A stretch of 62,904 bases of DNA, counting the filler, from Isurus oxyrinchus (Eukaryota), in the NCBI GenBank assembly GCA_026770705.1. It is 2 parts of 2 records of this genome, joined end to end, with 100 filler letters (N's around TTAATTAATTAA, not from the genome) between each part and the next. Parts side by side here need not be neighbours in the genome. Positions count along the whole stretch, not along the records: positions 1 to 31,573 come from JANJGN010000002.1; 1 more part is not named here. One strand, written 5' to 3'. The notes beneath the pieces were generated by a model. That model was not told the DNA's origin and did not search any database. It saw only the letters and a list, made by a program, of their open reading frames with translations. The position numbers and the translations under genes are program-made. Numbering within the stretch: position 1 is the first letter of the stretch; every line of letters begins with the position of its first letter. Of this stretch, positions 1 through 12,700 are shown in pieces.

Positions 1-2760
1 CCATCGAGTATAGACCCAGAGTCCTCAAACGTTCCTCATATGTTAAGTCTTTCATTCCTGGGATCATTCTTGTGAACCTCCTCTGGACCCTCTCCAGGGC
101 CAGCACATCCTTCCTGAGATACAGGGTCCAAAATTGCTCACAATATTCTAAATGTGGTCTGACCAGAGCCTTATAAAGTCTCAGCAGCACATCCCTGCTT
201 TTATATTCTAGTCCACTTGAAGTAAGTGCCAACATTGCTTTTGCCTTCCTAACTACCGACTCAACCTGCAAATTAACGCTAAGAGAATCCTGGACTAGGA
301 CTCCCAAGACCCTTTGCACTCCAGATTTCTGAATACTCTCCCCATTTAGAAAATAGTCTATGCCTCTATTCTTCCTACCAAAGTGCATGACCTCACACTT
401 CCCCACGTTGTATTCCATCTGCCACTTCTTTGCCCATTCTCCTAACCTGTCCAAATCCTTCTGCAGCTTCCCCGCCTCCTCAATACTACCTGTCCCTCCA
501 CCTATCTTTGTATCATCTGCAAACTTAGCCAGGATGCCCTCAGTTCCTTCATCTAGATCATTAATGTATAAAGTGAAAAGTTGTGGTCCCAACACTGACC
601 CCTGCGGAACTCCACTAGTCACCGGCCACCATCCTGAGAAGGACCCCCCTTATCCTCACTCTCTGCCTCCTGCCAGACAGCCAATCTTCTATCCATGCTT
701 GTAACTTGCCTCTAACACCATGAGCTCTTATCTTACTGAGCAGCCTCCTGTGCAGCACCTTGTCAAAGGCCTTCTGGAAGTCCAAGTAGATAACATCCAT
801 TGGCTCTCCTTTGTCTAACCTACTCGTTACCTCCTCAAAGAATTCTAACAGATTTGTCAGGCATGACCTCCCCTTGATGAAACCATGCTGACTTTGCCCG
901 ATTTTACCATGCACTTCCCAGTATTCTGAAATCTCATCCTTAATAATGACTCTAAAATCTTACCAATGACCGAGGTCAGGCTAATTGGCCTGTAATTTCC
1001 CGTCTTTTGCCTCACTCCCTTCTTAAACAGGGGGGGTTACATTAGTGATTTTCCAGTCCTCTGGGACCCTCCCTGACTCCAGTGATTCCTGAAAGATCAC
1101 CACTAACGCCTCCACTATCTCTTCAGCTACCTCCTTCAGAACTCTGGGGTGTAATCCATCTGGTCCAGGTGATTTATCCACCTTCAGATCTTTCAGGTTT
1201 CCTAGCACCTTCTCCTTGGTAATGGCCACCAAACTCACCTCTGCCCCCCGACTCTCTTGAACTTTGGGGATGTTACTCGTGTCTTCCACCGTGAAGACTG
1301 ACGCAAAGTACCTATTCAGTTCCTCCGCCATTTCTTTGTTCCCCACCAATACTTCTCCAGCGTCATTTTCCACCGGCCCAATGTTCACTTTTGCCTCTCT
1401 CTTACCCTTTATATATCTAAAAAAAACTCTTGTAATCTTCTTTTATATTACTGGCTAGTTTACCCTCATATTTAATCTTCTCCCTCCTTATTTCTTTTTT
1501 AGTTGTCCTCTGTTGGTCTTTGTAGGTTTCCCAATCCCCTGGTTTCCCACTGCTCTTCACCACATTGTATGCTTTCTCTTTAGCTTTTATGCTGTCCCTG
1601 ACTTCCCTTGTCAGCCATGGTTGCCTCGTCCTCCCTTTAGTATGCTTCTTCTTCCTAGGGATGAATTTTTGCTGTGTCTCCCAACTTACTCCCAGAAACT
1701 CGTGCCATTGCTGTTCCACTGTCTTTCCTGCTAGGCTCATCTCCCAATCAATTCTGGCCAGCTCCTCCCTCATGCCTCTGTAGTTATCTTTATTCAACTG
1801 TAATACCGTTACATCTGATTCCAGCTTTTTCCTCTCAAATTACAGGGTAAATTCTGTCATATTATGGTCACTTCCTCCTAAGGGTTCCTTCACCTTAAGC
1901 TCCCTTATCAAATCTGCCTCATTACATATCACTAAATCTAGAATTGCCTGTTCCCTAGTGGGCTCCACCACAAGCTGCTCCAAAAAGCCATCTCGTAGAC
2001 ATTCCACAAATTCCTTTTCTTGGGATCCACTACCAACCTGATTTTCCCAGTCTACCTGCATATTGAAATCCCCCATGATCACTGTAACCTTGCCTTTCTT
2101 ACACACCTTTTCTATCTCCTGGTGTATCTTGTGCCCCACATCCTGACTACTGTTCGGAGGCTTGTACATAACTCCCATTATGGTTTTTTTACCTTTGCGG
2201 TTCCTCAACTCTACCCACACAGATTCTACATCATCTGACCCTACGTTATTTCTTGCTATCGATTTAATTTCATTTCTTACTAACAAAGCAACCCCACCCC
2301 CTCTGCCAACCTGCCTATCTTTTCGATAGGATGTATATCCTTGGATATTTAGCTCCCAGTCCTGATCCCCTTGCAGCCATGTCTCCGTGATGCCCACCAC
2401 ATCATACCTGCCAATTTCAATCTGCGCCACAAGCTCATTTACCTTAATTCGTATACTGCGTGCATTCAGATACAACACCTTCAGTCCTGTATTTCCCATC
2501 CCCTTTCTCATTGTCGTCCCTTTATCTGATGTGCTTGAAGTTAGATTCCTAGCCCTTTCCAAACACTCTGTCCTATTTTGTGTTCTGGAGACTTTAATGG
2601 CCTTTCCTGGGCTCTCCTTTCTTTTCAGTTTTCTCATAATTTTCCATGAAGTTGAATCCACCCCCACACGCTAACCTGCTGCTTTGTTTCCCATTAGTCA
2701 AACTTCTTGGAGTTTTACCCTTCCCTCCTCCGCTCCCTCCAATTTCTAGTTTAAAGTTGT
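1..2760 (-). mobile_element. CR1-type LINE, frameshifted ORF2 (APE endonuclease + reverse transcriptase)
   Basis: Minus ORFs 1840-2667 (LYLNARSI, GITETW, MGDFN, SDHN: APE motifs), 1417-1797, 1023-1388 (KSPGPDGLHPRVLKE) and 615-914 (QHGFIKGRSCLTNLLEFFEEVT, YLDFQKAFDKV) are collinear ORF2 pieces. Confidence 0.93.
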
Positions 2761-2854
2761 TAGACAGATGTAAACCTAACTCCAGGATAACTACAGTACT
2801 AAACCCCGCCATCCCCACGACCCCCTCACCAACTTCCCCATAGACTAACAGGCC

Positions 2855-5800
2855 ACCTCACCCACCTGCCACCTCACCCACCTGCCACCTCACCCACCTG
2901 CCACCTCACCCACCTGCCACCTCACCCACCTTTTCCCTCACCCACCTGCCACCTCACCCACCTTCTCCCTCACTCACCCTCACCCACCTGCCACCTCACC
3001 CACCTGCCGCCTCACCCACCTGCCACCTCACCCACCTTCTCCCTCACCCACCTTCTCCCTCACCCACCTTCTCCCTCACCCACCTCTCCCTCACCCACCT
3101 GCCACCTCACCCACCTTCTCCCTCACCCAAATTCTCCCTCACCCACATGCCACCTCACTCACCTTCTCCCTCACTCACCTTCTCCCTCACTCACCTTCTC
3201 CCTCACTCACCTTCTCCCTCACTCAACTTCTCCCTCACCCACCTTCTCCCTCACTCACCTTCTCCCTCACCCACCTTCACCCTCACCCACCTGCCACCTA
3301 ACCCACCTTCTCCCTCACCCACCTTCTCCCTCACCCACCTTCTCCCTCACCCACCTTCTCCCTCACTCACCTCTCCCTCACTCACCCTCTCCCTCACTCA
3401 CCTTCTCCCTCACTCACCTTCTCCCTCACTCAACTTCACCCTCACCCACCTTCTCCCTCACTCACCTTCTCCCTCACCCACCATCACCCTCACCCACCTG
3501 CCACCTCACCCACCTTCTCCCTCACCCACCTTCTCCCTCACCCACCTTCTCCCTCACCCACCTTCTCCCTCACCCACCTGCCACCTCACCCAGCTTCTCC
3601 CTCACCCACCTTCTCCCTCACCTACCTTCTCCCTCACCCACCTTCTCCCTCACCCACCTGCCACCTCACCCATCTGGCGCCTCACCCACCTTCTCCCTCA
3701 CCCACCTTCTCCCTCACTCACCTGGCGTCTCACTCAACTGCCACCTCACCCACCTGGCGTCTCACCCACCTTCTCCCTCACCCACCTTCTCCCTCACCCA
3801 CCTTCTCCCTCACCCACCTTCTCCCTCACCCACCCGCCACCTCACCCACCCGCTACCTCACCCACCCGCCACCTCACCCACCTTCTCCCTTACCCACCTT
3901 CTCCCTCACCCACCTTCTCCCTCATCCACCTTCTCCCTCACCCACCTGCCACCTCACCCACCTGGCGCCTCACCCACCTTCTCCCTCACCCACCTTCTCC
4001 CTCACTCACTTTCTCCCTCACCCACCTTCTCCCTCACCCACCTGCCATCTCACCCACCTGGCGCCTCACTCACCTGCCACCTCACTCACCTTCTCCCTCA
4101 CCCACCTGCCACCTCACCCACCTTCTCCCTCACTCACCTTCTCCCTCACCCACCTTCTCCCTCACTCACCTTCTCCCTCACCCACCTTCTCCCTCACCCA
4201 CCTTCTCCCTCACCCACCTTCTCCCTCACCCACCTGGCGCCTCACTCACCTGGCGCCTCACCCACCTGGCGTCTCACCTCACTCACTCTCCCTCACTCTC
4301 ACTCTCCCTCACCCACCTGCTGCCTCACTCACCTGCCACCTCACTCACCTTCTCCGTCACCCACCTTCTCCCTCACTCATCTGCCACCTCACCCACCTGC
4401 TGCCTCACCCACCTTCTCCCTCACTCACTTTCTCCCTCACCCACCTTCTCCCTCACCCACCTGCCATCTCACCCACCTGGCGCCTCACTCACCTGCCACC
4501 TCACTCACCTTCTCCCTCACCCACCTGCCACCTCACCCACCTTCTCCCTCACTCACCTTCTCCCTCACCCACCTTCTCCCTCACTCACCTTCTCCCTCAC
4601 CCACCTTCACCCTCACCCACCTGCCACCTCACCCACCTTCTCCCTCACCCACCTTCTCCCTCACCCACCTTCTCCCTCACCCACCTTCTCCCTCACTCAC
4701 CTGCCACCTCACCCACCTTCTCCCTCACTCACCTTCTCCCTCACCCACCTTCACCCTCACCCACCTGCCACCTCACCCACCTTCTCCCTCACCCACCTTC
4801 TCCCTCACCCACCTTCTCCCTCACCCACCTTCTCCCTCACCCACCTGCCACCTCACCCACCTTCTCCCTCACCCACCTTCTCCCTCACCCACCTTCTCCC
4901 TCACCCACCTTCTCCCTCACCCACCTGCCACCTCACCCACCTGCCACCTCACCCATCTGGCGCCTCACCCACCTTCTCCCTCACCCACCTTCTCCCTCAC
5001 TCACCTGGCGTCTCACTCAACTGCCACCTCACCCACCTGGCGTCTCACCCACCTTCTCCCTCACCCACCTTCTCCCTCACCCACCTTCTCCCTCACCCAC
5101 CTTCTCCCTCACCCACCCGCCACCTCACCCACCCGCTACCTCACCCACCCGCCACCTCACCCACCTTCTCCCTCACCCACCTTCTCCCTCACCCACCTTC
5201 TCCCTCATCCACCTTCTCCCTCACCCACCTGCCACCTCACCCACCTGGCGCCTCACCCACCTTCTCCCTCACCCACCTTCTCCCTCACTCACCTGGCGTC
5301 TCACTCACCTGCCATCTCACCCACCTGGCATCTCACCCACCTGGCGTCTCACCCACCTGGCGTCTCACCCACCTGGCGTCTCACCCACCTGGCGTCTCAC
5401 CCACCTTCTCCCTCACCCACCTTCTCCCTCACCCACCTTCTCCCTCACCCACCTGGCGCCTCACCCACCTTCTCCCTCACCTCACTCACTCTCCCTCACT
5501 CTCACTCTCCCTCACCCACCTGCTGCCTCACTCACCTGCCACCTCACTCACCTTCTCCCTCACCCACCTTCTCCCTCACTCATCTGCCACCTCACCCACC
5601 TGCTGCCTCACCCACCTTCTCCCTCACTCACTTTCTCCCTCACCCACCTTCTCCCTCACCCACCTGCCATCTCACCCACCTGGCGCCTCACTCACCTGCC
5701 ACCTCACTCACCTTCTCCCTCACCCACCTACCACCTCACCCACCTTCTCCCTCACTCACCTTCTCCCTCACCCACCTTCTCCCTCACTCACCTTCTCCCT

Positions 5801-6095
5801 CACCCACCTTCTCCCTCACCCACCTTCTCCCTCACCCACCTGCCACCTCACTCACCTGGTGTCTCACTCACCTGGCATCTCACTCACCTGGCGTCTCACT
5901 CACCTGGCGTCTCACACACCTGGCGTCTCACTCACCTGGCGTCTCACTCACCTGGCGCCTCACTCACCTGGCGCCTCACCCACCTTCTCCCTCACCCACC
6001 TTCTCCCTCACCCACCTTCTCCCTCACTCACCTGGCGCCTCACTCACCTGGCATCTCACCCACCTGGCGCCTCACCCACCTGCTGTCTCACCCAC
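2855..6095. repeat. ~3.2 kb 16-bp minisatellite (CTCACCCACC + TTCTCC/TGCCAC/TGGCGT variants)
   Basis: Tandem 16-bp units read directly; the 991-aa ORF over it is a repeat artefact. Confidence 0.95.
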
Positions 6096-6399
6096 TTACC
6101 CATTCACTACCATTCAAACTGACATTCAAACATATCACAAGGCAGATGGTGCTTTAAAAAGTGGAGGTTGTCCCATCTTCCTCTCAACTCTGCTCTGCTG
6201 TGCTGGAGGCCTCCGAGGAATGCTGCACTCAGCATTCCTGGGAAAGCCAGACTTGGAAGGTCCCACGAGAAATATGGAGCATTGTGGAGTCAGGACAGTG
6301 TTGGAGCAGAGCAGCTTCTCGACATTGATTGCTGCTTCTCTGAAGATCCAGGCCAAAGAGTTTTTAAAGCAAGTACAGCAATATCTTCAGCTGCTTCAT

Positions 6400-7318
6400 C
6401 ACTGACCTTCCTTCCATCATAAGGTCAGAAGTGGGGATGTTCACTGATGATTGCACAATGTTCAGCACCATTTGCACCTCCTCAGATACTGAAGCAGTCC
6501 ATGTCCAAATGCAGCAAGACCTGGACAATATCCAGACTTGGGCTGACAAGTGGCAAGTAATATTCATGCCACACAAGGTAAAGACCATCTCCAACAAGAG
6601 AGAATCCAACCATCACCCCTTGATGTTACTATCCCTGAATCCTCCCTATCAACATCCTGGGAGTTACCATTGACCAGACACTGAACTAGACTAGCCATAT
6701 AAATACTGTGGCTACAAGAGCAGGTCAGAAGCTGGGAATCCTGTGGTGAGTAACTCACCTCCTGACTCCCCAAAGTCCACCATCTACAAAGCACAAGTCA
6801 GGAGTGTGATGGAATACTCCCCACTTGCCTGGATGAGTGCAGCTCCTACAACACTCAAGAAGTTTGACACCATCCAGGACAAAGCAGTCCCGCTTGATTG
6901 GCACCCCATCCACAAACATTCACTCCCTCCACCACCGACACACAGTAGCAGCAGTGTGTACCATCTACAAGATGCACTGCAGGAATTCACCAAGGCTCCT
7001 TAGACAGCACCTACCAAACCCACGACCACTACCAAATAGAAGGACAAGGGCAGCAGATACAAGGTAACACCACTACCTGGAAGTTCCCCTCCAAGTCATT
7101 CACCATCCTGACTTGTAAATATATCACCGTTCCTTCACTGTCACTGGGTCAAAATCCCGGAACTATCTTCCTAACAGCACTGTGGGTGTACCTACACCAC
7201 ATGGACTGCAGCGGCTCAAGAAGGCAGCTCACCACCACCTTCTCAAGGGCAACTAGGGATGGGCAATAAATGCTGGCCCAGCCGGTGAAGCCCACATCCC
7301 ATGAATGAATTAAAAAAA
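6400..7318 (+). mobile_element. 3' end of a second non-LTR retrotransposon family (RT C-terminus + 3' tail)
   Basis: ORF pieces MFTDDCTMF (FADD-like) and YKAQVRSVMEYSPLAW; ends AAGGGCAACTAGGGATGGGCAATAAATGCTGG...CCCATGAATGAATTAAAAAAA. Confidence 0.85.
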
Positions 7319-7429
7319 GTGACAGATACTATCTGACCTGCTGAGTGTTTAACTCCATTTTCTATTTTACGTTCTGATTTCCAGCATCTGCCGTATTTCG
7401 CTTTTAGTTCAGTTATTGAAAGTTGACAG

Positions 7430-7484
7430 TCTCAGCCAATTCAAGAGACAGCTGGTCAGGTTGTTTTGAAAAGAAGCATCAGGG
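7430..7484 (+). CDS. Candidate internal exon A of an unidentified gene (SQPIQETAGQVVLKRSIR)
   Basis: ACAG| acceptor (weak pyrimidine tract), |GTATGT donor; 55 nt ending in phase 1, compatible with exon B. Confidence 0.35.
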
Positions 7485-7601
7485 GTATGTCCGAGTAGTT
7501 CGGTTTGACCGTCCAGACACGTGCAACAGTCTTCCCCAGACTTGTGTTTTTGAGCTTCTATTTATCCACATGTTGGTGACATTTTATGATTTCTTTTACA
7601 G

Positions 7602-7675
7602 CCAAGACTATTCAGCCTACTGATAAATTGCCGGAATCCCACTATAAAAACATCTCTCTTCCTGGAGTCACACAG
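7602..7675 (+). CDS. Candidate internal exon B (AKTIQPTDKLPESHYKNISLPGVTQ)
   Basis: Strong acceptor TTTCTTTTACAG|, donor CAG|GTTCGT; phase 1 to phase 0, open frame, joins exon C in frame. Confidence 0.45.
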
Positions 7676-8789
7676 GTTCGTTGAGTTGCTTCACCTAGGG
7701 AGCTTGTAATCTCAGTTGGCTCGGTGCCTACAGTGTGATGCAGCATGATGCTGACAGTGTGGGTTGAATCCCCATACTGCCCGTGGCAGTTTATGGAGGA
7801 TCTGCTTTCTTGCTTTGCCCTTGCACTTGTAGAGCGACTCGCCTCAAGCTACAGATAACCGACTGTCTCTCTTTAATGGAGAGACATTCTTAAAGAGGTA
7901 GGAACTAATTGTTATGTGAATATATACCCTGGGGTGCCACATTCACTTTCACACCACAGACATGAGCCGAGTAACAATGTGTTGATCTCCCAGCCAAATA
8001 GAGAGCAGCAAGGAATATGTTTAATGAAGCTCCAGTATGATAATTCCTAACTTATGGGAACCAGAGACGTAACAGGTGTCTACGGTCCCCTGTGGATTTT
8101 GGCTGATCGCCTAACTTACTGAAGCCTTTTCTCAATGTTCCTTGAGTATTTGAGTTATCAGGGTCCGGAGACTCAATAATGTCGAGTCCATTTTACAGAC
8201 ACAAAAGGAGTAAAATGCCCAATATAGTGGGCAAGCGAGCACGGGTGCATTCTGGGCTGGGTCTGTGCCAGCTGCCAGACTGGCATAGGCATCAAGTGAG
8301 GCAGCCAAGGCCCAAGACCGAGACAGGGATTCACCTATTGTCCAACATGGAAAAGGCCCAGCACCATCACCAAACGGGTTTGGGTTAGGCATAGCTGGTG
8401 TCAGACCAGAAAACCCAGGTCCCCATTCAATCTGAGCAACTCAAACTCAAAAGTTTCAATCAGGTCACCTCCCAGAGTAGCTGCTGCAGCCCATCATTCT
8501 AAAGGGGCAAGTGAATCAACAAAGACCTCCTTGAACCTGGAGTCAGCTGGCACAGGAATTGTTCCCCCCACGCACCCCCCCCATCCCCTCTATCCTCCTG
8601 ATTGACCCCTGCTCCCCATCATGTCCCCTTGCCATGAGACCTCCCCGGCCTACCGTTTATACAACAGCCGCAAACGCAAATGTTAATGAGAAACCGGAAA
8701 TGCTGGAAATATTCAGCAGGTCAGGCAGCACCAGAGTTAATGTTTCAGGTCTGTGACCTTTCACCAGAATGCATTCGGCAGGATTTACA

Positions 8790-9712
8790 CAGAACATACG
8801 AATCAGGAGCAGGTGGAGGCCATTCGGCCCCTTAAGCCTGCTGTGCCGTTCAATAAGATCATGATCTGACTGGGGCCTCAGTGCAACTATCCTTCCTCCC
8901 CTGATAATCTTTGACTCGCTTGTTAGTCAAGAATCTATCTACTTCTGCCTTAAAAAAGATTCAGTGACCCTGCCTCTACCACTCTCAGAGAAAGAGAGTT
9001 CCACAGACTTTCAATGCTCTGAGATGAAAGATCTCTTCTCATCTCCATCTTAAATGGGAGAACCCTTAGTTTTAAACTGTGTCCCCCTAGTTCTAGTCTC
9101 TCCCACAAGAGGAAACATCCTTTTAACATCCACCCTGTCAGGGCCCCTCAGGATCCTATATGTTTCAGTCAGGCCACCTCTCATCCTTCTAAATGGATAC
9201 AGGCCCAGCCTGTTCAACCATTTCTCATAAAGCAACAACCCCCCTAACACCCTCTTCCCCCTTCCACCGCACCCCCCCGCACCGCCCCCCTCCCCCCAAC
9301 CCCACCTCCCCCACTGCCCCATCCCAGGTATCAGTCTTGTGAACCTTCTCTCAGCTGCTTCTAATGCATTTATACTCTTTCTTAGATAAGGAGACCAAAA
9401 CTCTACACAGTACTATAGATGTGGTCTCACCAATGTCCTGTATAACTGAGGCAAAACATCCCGATTTTTATATTCCACCCCCCCGCCCCCCCCCCTTGCA
9501 ATAAACAACAAGATTCCATTTGCCTTCCGAATTACTTGTTGCATCTGCATACTAATCCTATGTGACTCATGTACCAGGACACCTCGATCCCTCTGTACCA
9601 CCGAGTTCTGCAATCTCTCTCCACTTAAATAACTTGCTGCTTTTCTATTCGTCCTGCCAGATTGGACAAGTTCACATTTTCTCACATTATACTCCATCTG
9701 CCAAATTTTTGA
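8790..9712 (-). mobile_element. CR1-type LINE 3' fragment
   Basis: Minus ORFs WQMEYNVRKCEL...LYRTLVRPHL and RRMRGGLTETYRIL; CR1-like tail near 8790-8840. Confidence 0.85.
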
Positions 9713-9910
9713 CATGCTGCTGGTTGGAAGGTCCACTGCTTTGCCAGTTTATTATAAATGATGCCTGAGCTCAGTGTTGGGTGAGTCTGAAGCCTATCCA
9801 TTCCTGCAGAGATTGTTCCCTCGACAGCTTAGGTTGGATAAGGGAGGTGTTAAATTAGCAAACACTTTTCCTAAAGTGACCTTTCTGAATGTCTTGCTTT
9901 CTATTTGCAG

Positions 9911-10318
9911 GTTTCCCAGAAACCTAAGGAGCTGAGATTTACCCGCCCAGAGACAGGTGACCCCACAAAATACCAAACCACGTTCGTTCCAAACCAAAAC
10001 TTGTTATACAGCAGCTTTGAGCCAAACAATTACAGCAATGTCCAGCTGAAGGCGACTGAACCGGTGCCAGGGAAATCCAATTATCACAGAGGGCAGAGGA
10101 ACCAGCAGCTCCGACCAACACAACTACCACGCCAGCATGAGTCAGCACCAAGATGTCACCGGCAATCAACACTGAGGCGTTTTATAGCCTTTAAGAATTT
10201 AGCAGCGTCAACCAGTAGCAAGACTGTATCGACACCAGCTTGTGAAGATATCTATGCAAATCAAAGTCAGATTAGAGCTCATCTCCTCAAAGACGTAATG
10301 CTCCACTCAGTTACGTAG
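9911..10318 (+). CDS. Candidate terminal exon C: tyrosine-motif-rich cytoplasmic tail
   Basis: Acceptor TTTCTATTTGCAG|, 135-codon non-repetitive open frame to a stop, containing LYSSF, NYSNV and DIYAN. Confidence 0.5.
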   Translation, partial: VSQKPKELRFTRPETGDPTKYQTTFVPNQNLLYSSFEPNNYSNVQLKATEPVPGKSNYHRGQRNQQLRPTQLPRQHESAPRCHRQSTLRRFIAFKNLAASTSSKTVSTPACEDIYANQSQIRAHLLKDVMLHSVT

Positions 10319-10319
10319 G

Positions 10320-10581
10320 GTAAAAGCAAAATGCTGCAGATGCTGAAAATCTGAAACGAAAACAGAAAATGCTGGAAAAACTCAGCGGGTCTGACAGCCT
10401 CTGGAGTGGGAGTGAGTGAGGGTGTGGGCGTGTGAGTGAGCGGGTCTGACAGCTTCTGTGCAGAGAGAGACAGAGTCAACATTTCAAATTCGTACGGACT
10501 CAAAACGTCAGCTCTGTTTCTCTCTCCACAGAGGCTGTCAGACCTACCGAGTTTTTCTAGCATGTTCTGTCTTTGTTTTAG
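10320..10581. repeat. Inverted (hairpin) copy of a dispersed short repeat, probably a Penelope-like element terminus
   Basis: AAAACAGAAAATGCTGGAAAAACTCAGCGGGTCTGACAGC and a degenerate reverse complement flank the block; related copies near 7320, 8690, 14320, 19240, 34975, 39575 and 45678. Confidence 0.6.
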
Positions 10582-10599
10582 TTATATAGGGCTCCCTTC

Positions 10600-11930
10600 A
10601 CCCAGAGGAACCTTAATTCCCAACACCACAATGCTCCAGATACAAACAAGAAGTTGATAGGAAAGTGGCCCAAGGTCTCAATGTGCAGGTTCTATAGATC
10701 CCTGACCCCTGTGTAGAGAACTTCCTCCAGATTCTGAATAGATCACATCTGCTGGTTTGTGAGATTCCTCGTGTCCACTGTCCGAAGGCCTGGTCTGAAA
10801 AGAAGGTCCAATGCAGCCCTCACACAGAACACCAATCATAAAAACCCAATTATCCATTACAGGGGTAATGGTGTCTGTCACAAAGAAGACCCCAAACTAC
10901 TTTTCAAGCTCAGGATCATCTATAATTTCCAGTTGTGTTCACCCAGAGGCAATGCAGTGATTGGCGGTGGAACCTCATGTAGCCTCTGCCCAGTATAGCA
11001 TGAACGGCAGCTGTGATGACCCCTGGCGAGCTGTACAAAGAAAATAGCTTTTTAAAAAAAAAAATAAAGGGGGCTGAAGTATATCCAATCAAAATATGGG
11101 TTTGTAAAATGGAAATGATTTCCTCCCCACCCTTAACAATCCTACAGAACAGAGGGAAATATGACCTCTTCTACCCAGTGTCGACATTGTGTAAATGGAA
11201 ATAAAAGCAGATGGTATAATTCAATGAAATGCAGATGATAGTGCAGCTCACATATGAGTGGATACATAATCATTTCTGCTTGGCTGTTTTGAAGCAGTGA
11301 GGTAAAATTTTAGGGTAATAATCAGCTCAGGCTGCACCTGGGAATTAGTGCGACTTAAAACATAAAGTAATATAGATTGAAGGAAAGAGATGTGCTGCAC
11401 AGGGAGCAAAACCCTGAGTGTCTTGGTCCAAGAGAATAGGTCGATCGGCATATATAACACCAGTGAATTTATCACAAAGATCTGCTTCAGTTAAGATATT
11501 GCGGTCAGTTTTGTTTTGTTCATCGAAGGGACAGGAAGCTGACGATGGCACTGAAATAGAGTTGGACATTTTATCAAGTCAGCTTGTGACCACAGTGAAG
11601 ACCAAAACCAGACTTGACTCAGTAGCGCAGGTTTGTGGATACATCAGCACTGACTGCATTGTCAGTGTTTAATGTGTACAATGAAACAACATCAACAGCT
11701 GTTACTGCAACTCTTCTTGGACAGGAACTGTTTTTTGGAACAGGTACAACGTGTGTAGTTTGAAGTGACGCAGGTGCTTGCTGTTGCAGGTGAAAAGCCA
11801 TTCTTATTCACCTGACAGACCAGGACCCTGCTGTAGCCTCAGTACACCCTGCAGCAGATATTAAGCTTCTACAGCATCCATTTGAAGTGAAGCTCAGGTC
11901 CTGGCATGATGTGCAAGTCAGCCAGTGCAT
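10600..11930 (+). pseudogene. Possible heavily decayed multi-Ig-domain receptor sequence
   Basis: Scattered, frameshifted Ig-like motifs: LLVCEIP...KAW, VIGGGT, SASVKI...FC...GTEIEL, CYC followed by FFGTGTTCVV (11731-11760). Confidence 0.25.
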
Positions 11931-12179
11931 GATTCATAGTAGTGATGTACCAGGTATTGGGCTGTAACTGCCAGTGACGTGGCAGTTGAGTCAGATTGCC
12001 ACTTTGCTTGCAGTTCCTGATCTGGAAATCCAGCCTCTCCTATCTCCCCCAACCTTGCGACTCGGGCTGGGTGAGAACAGTCCGGTGCAGCGGGTTCCCA
12101 AAGACCTGTGTTCAGGGCAGCTGAGTCAGAGATAAGGAAACCACACCCCCCTTTTTTTATGACACTAGCTGCTGTGAAG

Positions 12180-12700
12180 CAGGTGAGTTTAAAGGTTGGG
12201 TCAGGGAGAAGGTAGGTTTATAGGATAAGTGGGCAGGATTTGGGGAGGGGATGGGGTGGTAGGTTGGGTCAGGTGGGGGGTGTTGGGTGTTAGGTGGCCA
12301 GTTCGGTGGTGGTGGGGAAGGAGGGTGTTGGATGGTCACTGGGGGGAGATCAGGGTGTGACAAGGGCAGTTGTGGGGATAGCTGGGGGGTGGGGGGGTCA
12401 GACAGGGGTTGGGGGAGGGCAGTCAGGAGGTGTGGCCTGGGGTTGGGAAGCAATTATGGGGATGGGGGTGTAGTCGGGAGTGAAGGGAGTGCAGTTGGGT
12501 GGTTGGGTATGTAGTTGGGGGTGGGGAGTGCAATCGGGGAGGTGGGTTATGTAGTCAGGGGGGCTGGGGAGTGCAGTTAAGGGGTGGGGATGTAGTTGGG
12601 AGGTGGGGAGTGCAGTCGGAGGTTGGGGGGTGAGGTGGGTGAGGGGGGTGTACCCTGGGGGGTTGTGGAGAGAGAACTGTAGAGCTCGGGGTGGGTCAGT
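12180..12700. repeat. G-rich low-complexity tract
   Basis: Runs of GGGGTG/GGGAGTGCAGT units. Confidence 0.7.

Noticed and set aside
3147-6122. 991-aa Pro/Ser/His/Thr-rich ORF
   Set aside because: Translation of a stop-free 16-bp minisatellite
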